Assembly (NCBI RefSeq): GCF_020969955.1
Contig: NZ_JAHDSX010000035.1
Coordinates: forward strand, 1 to 24,709
DNA: 24,709 nt
Reading direction: 5' to 3'
Origin: Allobaculum fili
GTDB lineage: Bacteria; Bacillota_I; Bacilli_A; Erysipelotrichales; Erysipelotrichaceae
Shown: in pieces, positions 1-7,441 of the stretch
Position numbering within the stretch: the stretch's first letter is position 1
How the letters are laid out: each line of letters starts with the position of its first letter
Made by a program: the position numbers and the translations under genes
The notes under the pieces: model-generated
The model's input: the letters and a program-made list of their open reading frames with translations, nothing else
Told to the model about the DNA's origin: nothing
Databases searched by the model: none

Positions 1-126
1 CCGGATCCGAAGTATGAAGAAAACGATGAAGAATAAAAAATACGCCAAGCGGGATCTCGAAAGGGATCCCGTTTAGCGTATCTAATATTCAGTCTCGCGT
101 ATACCCGTCGATTGTTTGACACTTAC
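1..126. repeat. Left copy of a perfect 126-bp terminal inverted repeat (partner 24584-24709)
   Basis: The reverse complement of 24584-24709 equals 1-126 base for base, checked in 10-nt blocks. Identity breaks at 127 (a) versus the complement of 24583 (c). The outer extent is unknown because the window ends inside the repeat. Confidence 0.97.
30..71 (-). terminator. Putative rho-independent terminator downstream of the adhesin-like gene (inside the inverted repeat)
   Basis: The stem is cgggatc (50-56) / gatcccg (65-71) with an 8-nt loop. On the minus strand it is followed by cttggcgtattttttatt. The T-tract starts about 9 nt after the stem, so this is not a textbook terminator. Confidence 0.4.
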
Positions 127-1200
127 AGTCTTCTTCGCTTGAACATACTCATAACCATCTGGAGCATGTGTCCGAGCATACGCTTCCAAGCGAATGATTA
201 CAGAATCTGAAACCCTTTCGACGGTTACAGGTACTTGTGAAGCTTGAAGTTGTTGCCCCTCTTCATCTACCGCAGACAAAGTAATTTTGGCGGTAGCCTT
301 TTCATCTCGAGTCCAGGTAATCGTGAAGGAAGAAAAACTGTCCACTTTGAATTCTGCTTTATAAGTTTCGTTCGCATCCTGAATGGTCTGCTTGCTTTCA
401 CAGGCAACCTGTTCGACTTTGGTTCCGTCTTTTTCAGAGATGTGATGGACCTGCAGGGAATTCTCCGTTTTTTCGTCATCGACCAGCGTCTTGTTAAAGG
501 ACATCTGGACGTCAACGGTTCCATCTTCGGGTTCGATTTCCTTTTCGTCTTTCCAGAACGAGACATCAACGACAAGCAAACCGTCATAGTTCACCTGGCT
601 GCTGTTCAGCGCATTTTCGGCTGCCCGGAATCCTTCATCCTGATCGGAGTAGAGCTTTACGCGCATCTCCGCATCTTCGGGAAGAATATCGGAAGTCGTT
701 TTTGCTGTTACATGAATAAGATCGGCGGTCTTTTCAAACTGAACAGTCTTTGCGGGCGTCTCCTCTTCAGACGACCCGTCTTTTTCGTTTGCATCTTCAG
801 CGGAATCGATTTCTTCCTTGCCGATTTCCCCATCTGCCTCACTGTAGGAGTCAGACGGTTTCGAATCGGTAACGGAAGTCGATTCATCTGAAGAGCTCGA
901 AGAATCCGAGGATTCTTCTGCGTCCTGTACAGAATTATCCGCTGCAGCATCTGGAGATTCTGTACTTTGATCCGACGTAGGATCCGGATTTCCTTGCGCG
1001 GCCGATGCATCGGACTGCGGTTCGGAGATTTCGGTATTGCCGGCAGACGGCTCTGTATTTGAGACGGGCATGTTCTCCGTCTGCGCAAAAGAAGGATTGT
1101 CTCCTTCTCCTTCGGCAAACACCGGGATCAGAAATCCGAAACACATTGCAGCACTGAGCAGCGCCGCGCTGAGTTTTCGTAGAGTTTTCTTTCGTGTCAC
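82..1200 (-). CDS. Secreted acidic (D/E/S-rich) surface or adhesin-like protein, 372 aa
   Basis: Based on track ORF 82..1359 (-). The preferred start is GTG at 1200, with GGAGGG 5 nt upstream. The N-terminus (M)TRKKTLRKLSAALLSAAMCFGFLIPVFA/EGEG looks like a Sec signal peptide. An acidic low-complexity tract of about 130 aa is followed by a folded part (..DVSFWKDEKEIEPEDGTVDV.., ..FKVDSFSSFTITW..). A C-terminal VDEEGQQL...PDGYEYV segment is reminiscent of a MucBP-type module (recollection, low confidence). There is no LPXTG or other anchor. The last 14 codons plus TAG lie in the terminal repeat. Confidence 0.75.
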   Translation of the reverse strand: MTRKKTLRKLSAALLSAAMCFGFLIPVFAEGEGDNPSFAQTENMPVSNTEPSAGNTEISEPQSDASAAQGNPDPTSDQSTESPDAAADNSVQDAEESSDSSSSSDESTSVTDSKPSDSYSEADGEIGKEEIDSAEDANEKDGSSEEETPAKTVQFEKTADLIHVTAKTTSDILPEDAEMRVKLYSDQDEGFRAAENALNSSQVNYDGLLVVDVSFWKDEKEIEPEDGTVDVQMSFNKTLVDDEKTENSLQVHHISEKDGTKVEQVACESKQTIQDANETYKAEFKVDSFSSFTITWTRDEKATAKITLSAVDEEGQQLQASQVPVTVERVSDSVIIRLEAYARTHAPDGYEYVQAKKTVSVKQSTGIRETEY

Positions 1201-1588
1201 AATCGCCCTCCATACTTCATCTACTTCAAAGCGGCAAAAGAAGGGCCACATTCTTGAATCCGGATCGACGGCTTTGAAAACGGCGATCCAGGGTATGCTT
1301 TCTGCTTTTCCATTCGTCTGGCGGATATCGTCATATTCACTGAAAAAACAGAAACGCACGGCGGCAGGAAGCGTCTATGCCGACCCAGCACGTCTGCTGA
1401 ATTTGCAATAGGGTTTCCTTTTCTTTTTCTTTGCGACAACCGCCCCCTCCAGAACAATTCCCGCAGGAGAATCACTTTCCCTCTATGAGAGTCACTCTAT
1501 GAAAAGGGACATTTTTAACAAGATTTTTTTCTGAACTGTTTAAATGCGTGTTGCCTTTCGCCCGTCATGCGACCACTCGTATAAGCCT

Positions 1589-1760
1589 TATCCCATGCCT
1601 TGGGATGGATCGTATGAGAAGGTATCCCATCATTTCACATCTTGCGGCATGCAATTTGGCTTCAACGAATGTTCGGTTACCATACTATCGGTTACTTATG
1701 GCCTAGACAAGCTCCTTTTTACAAACGTCCGGCACTTTTCGGTATCGACTGCTATCCCAT
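1589..1760 (+). repeat. Three direct copies of the octamer TATCCCAT
   Basis: Exact copies lie at 1589-1596, 1623-1630 and 1753-1760. A partial inverted copy (tgggat) lies at 1601-1606. CGGTTAC occurs twice, at 1674-1680 and 1689-1695. The motifs sit 390-560 nt upstream of the adhesin-like gene start. Function is unknown. Confidence 0.6.
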
Positions 1761-1873
1761 GATTAATTGTTTTTAAATGTATTTAGTGTTTTCTAACTAT
1801 GTTTATTTTTTTATGATCGCTTGACAAATTCCTTAAATTAAATAAACTTAAATAATTACGTTTCAGAAAAAAT

Positions 1874-1908
1874 GGACTGGAGTTTTCGCTGCTCCAGTCC
1901 CTTTTTTC
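1874..1908. terminator. Bidirectional rho-independent terminator-like hairpin
   Basis: ggactggag (1874-1882) pairs with ctccagtcc (1892-1900) around a 9-nt loop. It is flanked by aaaaaa upstream and cttttttcc downstream, so there is a U-tract on either strand. Confidence 0.7.
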
Positions 1909-2084
1909 CATCCTTGGCGATGCCGATCTGACTTTGAATTTCCTGCGGTGTCGTTTTCCCTTTTGAGTATCGTGTTTTCATCGATATGTCATTTTAAATA
2001 TGTCGCGTTTTTTTCCTCTCGGCCATTTTCCGCCGTTTTTAATTGTTTTCTGACTATTTTTTTATCGCCGTTTTAATTTTCTAC

Positions 2085-2130
2085 TGTTTTATTTATGTAT
2101 ACCCGTTTGTTTTATTTATGTATACCCGTT
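2085..2130 (+). repeat. Perfect tandem duplication of a 23-bp unit (tgttttatttatgtatacccgtt x2)
   Basis: Unit 1 is 2085-2107 and unit 2 is 2108-2130. They are identical and abut directly with no spacer. Confidence 0.95.
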
Positions 2131-2510
2131 TTTTTGCAAGATCAAATCGATGCATGAAATTCATACCGGGCTTTCTCTGGACGTGTCGGTTCCGTCCAGC
2201 TTTGAAAGCTTCACCCGAGTAAAGTTAAATGACCAGACCTGAATGTAACAGCTTTCAAACCTAAAATTACGGCCTGCTTGTGTATTTTTTTATTTCCTAT
2301 TTGATAATTCATTATGAGTTTTTCAATCGAAAATATTTCTTGTTTAAAATTCTGCAACTGACACTAAAAGTGTATGAAATTCGCCCATTTTTGTACTTTT
2401 TCGTTTTTTGAAGAAAAACAGGGCTTTTGTCGACATTCTTTCTGGAATGAACAGCTGTTTAGTTACGGAAGACAATCCAGGTACTTTCTTTAAGGATCCA
2501 CGAATAAAGG

Positions 2511-2532
2511 CCTGAAGGATTTCGGCTTCAGG
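2511..2532 (-). terminator. Possible terminator hairpin downstream of rlmD
   Basis: cctgaag (2511-2517) pairs with cttcagg (2526-2532). On the minus strand it is followed by cctttattcg, a weak U-tract. It lies about 115 nt after the rlmD stop. Confidence 0.3.
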
Positions 2533-2647
2533 ACTCTGGTTACGGATCGTTTTTTCTTCTTAAGAGAGCGGTTTACCTGCAGACCTACGATCAAATAAGT
2601 CCGACATGACGGATCGTCCTATGAAGCCTGTGGTTCTGGATCGACGC

Positions 2648-3961
2648 TCAGGCGTTTGGTTCTTTCTGGAGTCTGGAGACGCATTCCATGCCGGCGGTGT
2701 GGCTGAACATGTCGACGGGCTGAATAACATCAGCACGGTATCCGCCTTTTTGAAAAAGCTTGAGATCGCGAGCGAGCGTTCGCGGGTTGCAGGAAATATA
2801 GACGATGGTGCGCGGGGAAAGACGGACAATGTCCTCAATTCCCTGTTCGCTCATTCCCTTGCGAGGCGGATCGACAAAGACAACATCGGCGCTGTTTCCG
2901 TTCTGTCTAGCGAATACGCTGGCGTCTTCACAGACAAAGCGGGCGTTTTCGATGCCGTTGAGCTGCTGGTTTGCCCGTGCGTTTTCCACAGCTTCCGGGA
3001 CAATTTCCACTCCAGTGACGTCTTTGGCTTCTCTTGCCGCAAGCAGACCGATTGTTCCGGTTCCAGAATACAGCTCAATGACACGGTCTGTCTTTTTCAG
3101 ATTTGCGAATTCAAGCGCTTTGGCGTAGAGCACGCGGGTCATCTGCGGATTGACCTGGAAGAAGCTCTTGAAATGCAGGCGGATTTTCAGGCTCATGCAG
3201 CCTTCTTCCATGGAATCCGATCCATAGAGAACGGTGTAGTCATCGCCTAAAATCACGTTATCATCGCGCGTATTCTGGTTGAAGACAATGCTGACAAGGG
3301 CTGGGAAGGCTTCATGCAGCTTTTGGGCGAGCTCTTTGAGGCGGACATTTTTCCGTCCGATCAGAACGACCTGTCCCTGATGCGTTTCCGGGGAAAAGCG
3401 GATAAACAGGTGGCGCAGTTCTCTGGCCTGTTCGAGGTCGAGATGTTCGATCAGCCAGCCAAAAATCGCGTTGATTTCGCGGTTTTCAATTTTGCATTTC
3501 TCAATGGGGACAATCGTATTGCTTTTGGGGCGGTAAAAGCCGGCGATAATCTTTCCGTCTTTTACAGCAATCGGAAACTGCGCTTTATTGCGGTAGTAAT
3601 ACGGTTCGTCCATTCCGATGGGATCGAGAACCTGTATGGAGGGATCCACCCGCCCAAACAGGGTACGCAGTCCTTTCGCTTTCCACTCAAGCTGCGCGGG
3701 ATAGCGCAAATGCATCAGCGAACAGCCTCCGCATCGGGCTGCTGCATCGCAGGCGGGAGTTACGCGATCCGCGCTCTCCTGTTCGAGCCGTACGATTTTT
3801 CCAATCGCATAATCTTTCTTGACCAGCACGATGTGCACGCGCGCCTTTTCTTCGGGAAGCAGTCCGGAAACAAAGACGGTCATGCCTTCATGATGGCCTA
3901 TCCCAAATCCCTGGTCGCTTAAATCGGTGCAGACCAGATCAAATTCATCGTTTTTTCTCAT
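2648..3961 (-). CDS. rlmD: 23S rRNA (uracil-C5)-methyltransferase, RumA/RlmD (RlmCD) family, 437 aa
   Basis: An N-terminal TRAM-like segment is present. The Fe-S cluster cysteines follow the C-x5-C-x2-C pattern (ACDAAARCGGCS) with a fourth Cys in EKCKIEN. The SAM-binding motif is VIELYSGTGTIG. The motif DPPRKG and the catalytic Cys in YISCNPRTLARD are also present. The gene ends in TGA. Confidence 0.93.
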   Translation of the reverse strand: MRKNDEFDLVCTDLSDQGFGIGHHEGMTVFVSGLLPEEKARVHIVLVKKDYAIGKIVRLEQESADRVTPACDAAARCGGCSLMHLRYPAQLEWKAKGLRTLFGRVDPSIQVLDPIGMDEPYYYRNKAQFPIAVKDGKIIAGFYRPKSNTIVPIEKCKIENREINAIFGWLIEHLDLEQARELRHLFIRFSPETHQGQVVLIGRKNVRLKELAQKLHEAFPALVSIVFNQNTRDDNVILGDDYTVLYGSDSMEEGCMSLKIRLHFKSFFQVNPQMTRVLYAKALEFANLKKTDRVIELYSGTGTIGLLAAREAKDVTGVEIVPEAVENARANQQLNGIENARFVCEDASVFARQNGNSADVVFVDPPRKGMSEQGIEDIVRLSPRTIVYISCNPRTLARDLKLFQKGGYRADVIQPVDMFSHTAGMECVSRLQKEPNA

Positions 3962-4993
3962 GACATTATTTTACCCGCTCCTGCACAAACAGGAGCAATG
4001 ATGAATTCATCAGACCAGAGGGAAGCGAACTGGTTTGCGGCCGCAGCAGACATTCTCTGCGTTCTGATTTCTTTCCTATTTTTTTATATATTGATTTTCA
4101 TATGGGCTTTTTGAATACAGGATCTTCAATTAACCGATGCTGGGTTAGAAGACTGCTTTGTTACAGCCAGCCGTTTTTTCCGGCTTGCGTTCGTCGAGCT
4201 TACCGCTGTCCGCTGATTTATGTCTGGTCTCTCGTTTCCTTCTGAATCTTTTGAACTTCTAAAGATTGAGCTTTTAAAGATATGGCTTTATCTTCTGGGT
4301 CTTTTGGGTCTGTTGTATCTCCTGGCTCTTTACGAAGCCTCCATGATCCGAACTGAAAGCCGGAACGAAGCATGAGGTCACGTCTGGTATTCCTCTTCGC
4401 TGGCGAAAATCACAGGCAGGACAGGACCTTTTCTTTTATCTGGCTTTCCCGTGGTTTTTTGGGTGCTGGATTCTGTTTCGGCCTCCTGTTTTTCCTTCGT
4501 CAGAAGCAGCCAGATATCCGAAAAGAAAAAGCTGCCGCACGACGATTTTCTTCAACAGGAAGAGGCAGAGGACTCAGGCTGCGAATCCCTGGGCTTTCCT
4601 CATGTTCGTGAGCTACGCCCCTGAGGAAAAAACGTCAAATCGCCAGCCGTGATGGAGAGACTGTGGGAAAGCGGCTCGCGTTCATGACTGCGCTCATCAT
4701 AGCGGACCAGTTTTTTTGCTCCCTTCTTCGAACTCTCCCTGGTCTGCCTGGAGGTGTCGGTTTCGACCTCGATCCGTGCGTTTCATCAGGAGTAATTTCT
4801 GTCTATTCCGGTTAAATTTTGTTATCGTGTATTCCTGTTTTTCATTTTTTACTGGCTCGATTTTCCGCTGATTTTTCCTGGCTTTTCCGGGAAAATCCGA
4901 CCCCTTTCCCCCGCAGGATTTACGCGGTTTTTCCTCCCGTTTTCGGGTGGTCATAACGCGAAAAAGAAAGTCGAAAATCCCTCGTCAGAAATG

Positions 4994-5022
4994 TTGACAG
5001 CGCCCCTGTCATGAAATAATAT
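4994..5022 (+). promoter_or_regulatory. Sigma-70-type promoter candidate for the marR-ABC operon
   Basis: TTGACA (4994-4999), a 17-nt spacer, then TAATAT (5017-5022). It lies about 210 nt upstream of the marR ATG. Confidence 0.5.
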
Positions 5023-5023
5023 T

Positions 5024-5063
5024 TAGCCGCCTATCTTATAGCCTGCTATCTGTTAGGCGACTA
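5024..5063. promoter_or_regulatory. Operator-like inverted repeat immediately downstream of the -10 element
   Basis: tagccgccta (5024-5033) matches the reverse complement of taggcgacta (5054-5063) at 9 of 10 positions. The spacer is 20 bp and contains repeated ctatct/ctat..atag elements. This position and architecture are typical of MarR autoregulatory sites. Confidence 0.45.
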
Positions 5064-5232
5064 TATTTCTATACGCCGTGCCGGATTCGAAGCCCATTCC
5101 TCTGGAACGAGCCGAAATATCTCTGGATTTCTTCCGGTTTCTCCTGGAAAAATTCAGGGAAGAATCGATCCAGCATACAGCGAATATACAGGTACAGTTT
5201 ATTCTGGAAAGGAAGGAAAGGAGGATTACAGG

Positions 5233-5712
5233 ATGGAGGAAAATACCCAGCAGGTCCAGTTTCTGCTCAAGATCCTGAGCAACCAGCTGAAGAAGGAGTT
5301 TAACGCCACGCTCAAATCGTACGGTCTGACCAAGGCGCAGTTTGATACGCTGCTGTTTTTAAGCTGCCGGCAGGAGGAGGACGTTCAGGTAAACCAGCGG
5401 GATCTGGAATCCTTTTTCCAGATTTCCAACCCGACGATTTCTTCGATGCTCAACCGTCTTGAAAGCAAGAACCTGATCGAGCGCCACACGTCGCGTTCCG
5501 ACCGGCGCATCCGCTACATCACGATTACGGATGAGGCGCGCGATCTGGTCGGCCGCATATCCGGTGCGCTCAACAAGAAGCGCTCCGAAATGTTTGCGGG
5601 GATCGATCCAGAAGATCTGGATACCGTCAAGCGTGTACTCACGCAGATTTTTTACAACCTGACAGGAAAGGAGGAAATCCAATTTGATTTCAACTTTATG
5701 CAAACAAATTAA
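5233..5712 (+). CDS. MarR-family transcriptional regulator, 159 aa
   Basis: A strong RBS, ggaaaggagg, sits 7 nt before the ATG. The winged-helix core is ..QRDLESFFQISNPTISSMLNRLESKNLIERHTSRSDRRIRYITITDEAR.. The 3' end overlaps the next gene by 29 nt. Confidence 0.9.
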   Translation: MEENTQQVQFLLKILSNQLKKEFNATLKSYGLTKAQFDTLLFLSCRQEEDVQVNQRDLESFFQISNPTISSMLNRLESKNLIERHTSRSDRRIRYITITDEARDLVGRISGALNKKRSEMFAGIDPEDLDTVKRVLTQIFYNLTGKEEIQFDFNFMQTN

Positions 5713-7441
5713 GCAGTATAAGCGCGAAACCATTCTGACGCCGATTCTGGTTGCGATCGAAGTTGTCCTCGACATTCTGATTCCGTTTCTGATGTCCAAG
5801 ATGGTCAACGAAGGCGTAAACACCGGCGATATGGCCGTGGTCTGGAACTATGGCCTGCTCATGCTGCTGTGTGCCGTGGGCGCGCTGATCACAGGCGGCC
5901 TTTCCGGCAAATACGCAGCCGTCGCTTCCGCCGGTTTTGCCAAAAACCTGCGCGACGCGGAATTCCGCAACATTCAGAACTTCTCGTTTTCCAATATTGA
6001 CGAGTATTCTACCGGCGGCCTGATTACCCGTCTGACCACCGACGTTTCTAACGTACAGATGGCCTTCCAGATGATCATCCGCATCGCGGTCCGTGCGCCG
6101 CTCAACTTTTTCATGGCGCTGTTCATGGTGTTCTATCTCTCCGCGGAAATCGGCTGGTACATGCTTCTGGTCATTGTCCTGCTCGCCATCGCGGTCAGCA
6201 TTCTGATCAAGCGCGCCGGTCCGGTCTTCAACAAGATGTTCAAGATGTACGACAACCTGAACGAAGAAATTCAGGAAAACATCACGGGCATCCGTCCAGT
6301 CAAGTCATTCGTTCGCGAAGACTACGAAATTCAGCGTTTCAACAAGCGCAGCCAGGACATCTACTCCGTCAACCGTACGGCCGAACTGATGATGATTCTC
6401 AACCAGCCGTTCGTACAGCTGGCCATGTATGCCTGCGTGCTGATCGTCAGCTTCGTCGGCGCGCACCAGATCGTCAACGGGACCATGATGGACGGTACGC
6501 TGATGTCTCTGTTTACGTACATCATGAACCTGCTCATGTCCCTGATGATGTTCTCGATGATCCTCGTCATGGTTACGATGTCGACGGCTTCGGCCAAGCG
6601 TATTGTGGAAGTCATCAACCAGGTTTCCTACCTCGAATCCCCCAGGGACGGCATTAAAGAAGTTAAGGACGGTTCGGTCGAATTCGATCACGTTTACTTC
6701 AACTATGCCGAACAGGTCGACGGCCACTACGTGCTGCGCGACATTAACTTCAATATTCCGTCCGGCCAGACCGTCGGCATTCTCGGTGCGACCGGTTCGT
6801 CCAAGTCGTCGCTCGTCAGCCTGATTCCGCGTCTGTATGACGTTACGAAAGGTTCCGTTAAAGTCGGCGGCAGGGACGTTCGTGAATACGATCTGAAAAC
6901 GCTGCGTGACTCGGTTTCCATGGTCCTGCAGAAAAACGTACTGTTTTCCGGCACGATCAAGGAAAACATGCGCTGGGGCGATGAAAACGCGACCGATGAA
7001 GAAATCGTCGAAGCATGCAAGCTTGCCCAGGCCGATGACTTCATCTCCCGTATGCCGCACGGCTACGACACGTACATTGAACAGGGCGGTACCAACGTAT
7101 CCGGCGGTCAGCGTCAGCGTCTGACGATTGCCCGTGCTCTGCTCAAAAAGCCAAAAATCCTCATTCTGGACGACTCCACGTCCGCGGTCGATACGAAAAC
7201 CGACGCGCTCATCCGTGAAGCCTTCCGCACCAAAATTCCAAATACCACAAAAATTATTATTTCCCAGCGCGTATCCTCCATTCAGGATGCGGACCGCATT
7301 CTGGTTCTCGATCGAGGCCACCTTGTGGATTCCGGTACGCATGAAGAACTGCTGAAGTCGAGCGAAATTTACCGCACGACCTGGCAGGCCCAGCAGAAAG
7401 GAGGCGCAGACGATGCCGGCACCGATGAGACCGCAAAGTAA
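5684..7441 (+). CDS. ABC exporter half-transporter (TMD-NBD), degenerate-site subunit, 585 aa
   Basis: TTG start at 5684, with AAGGAGG 8 nt upstream. Six predicted TM helices are followed by an NBD. Motifs: Walker A GATGSSKSS, signature VSGGQRQR, Walker B ILILDDSTS (Asp in place of the catalytic Glu) and switch region IISQR (Gln in place of His). Confidence 0.93.
   Translation: MISTLCKQIKQYKRETILTPILVAIEVVLDILIPFLMSKMVNEGVNTGDMAVVWNYGLLMLLCAVGALITGGLSGKYAAVASAGFAKNLRDAEFRNIQNFSFSNIDEYSTGGLITRLTTDVSNVQMAFQMIIRIAVRAPLNFFMALFMVFYLSAEIGWYMLLVIVLLAIAVSILIKRAGPVFNKMFKMYDNLNEEIQENITGIRPVKSFVREDYEIQRFNKRSQDIYSVNRTAELMMILNQPFVQLAMYACVLIVSFVGAHQIVNGTMMDGTLMSLFTYIMNLLMSLMMFSMILVMVTMSTASAKRIVEVINQVSYLESPRDGIKEVKDGSVEFDHVYFNYAEQVDGHYVLRDINFNIPSGQTVGILGATGSSKSSLVSLIPRLYDVTKGSVKVGGRDVREYDLKTLRDSVSMVLQKNVLFSGTIKENMRWGDENATDEEIVEACKLAQADDFISRMPHGYDTYIEQGGTNVSGGQRQRLTIARALLKKPKILILDDSTSAVDTKTDALIREAFRTKIPNTTKIIISQRVSSIQDADRILVLDRGHLVDSGTHEELLKSSEIYRTTWQAQQKGGADDAGTDETAK

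Noticed and set aside
1-12. Termini contain GGATCC (ccGGATCCg), and another GGATCC lies at 64-69. This could be a BamHI cloning boundary.
   Set aside because: The window does not start or end at the cut position, and the sites are simply part of the 126-bp repeat. Nothing vector-like is present.
1544-1762. 72-aa plus-strand ORF in the AT-rich island.
   Set aside because: There is no Shine-Dalgarno sequence before the ATG. The peptide is Cys/His/Phe-rich with no motif. The region is better described by its repeated TATCCCAT/CGGTTAC motifs.
2085-2130. Direct repeats considered as a possible CRISPR array or tRNA-type att site.
   Set aside because: There are only two units, directly abutting with no spacer. 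The units are AT-rich and non-palindromic. No cas genes or tRNA are nearby.
4372-4954. ORFs 4372..4611 (+, 79 aa) and 4697..4954 (-, 85 aa), plus an untracked 58-codon minus-strand ORF starting at ATG 4373.
   Set aside because: No SD sequence lies at a proper distance. The compositions are dictated by T-tracts or A-tracts (F/L/R or K/R/E strings), and the frames are surrounded by stops.
5078-5278. 66-aa ORF in the marR leader, overlapping the marR start.
   Set aside because: It has a GTG start without an RBS. It runs across the strong RBS and ATG of marR in another frame, and it has no motif.
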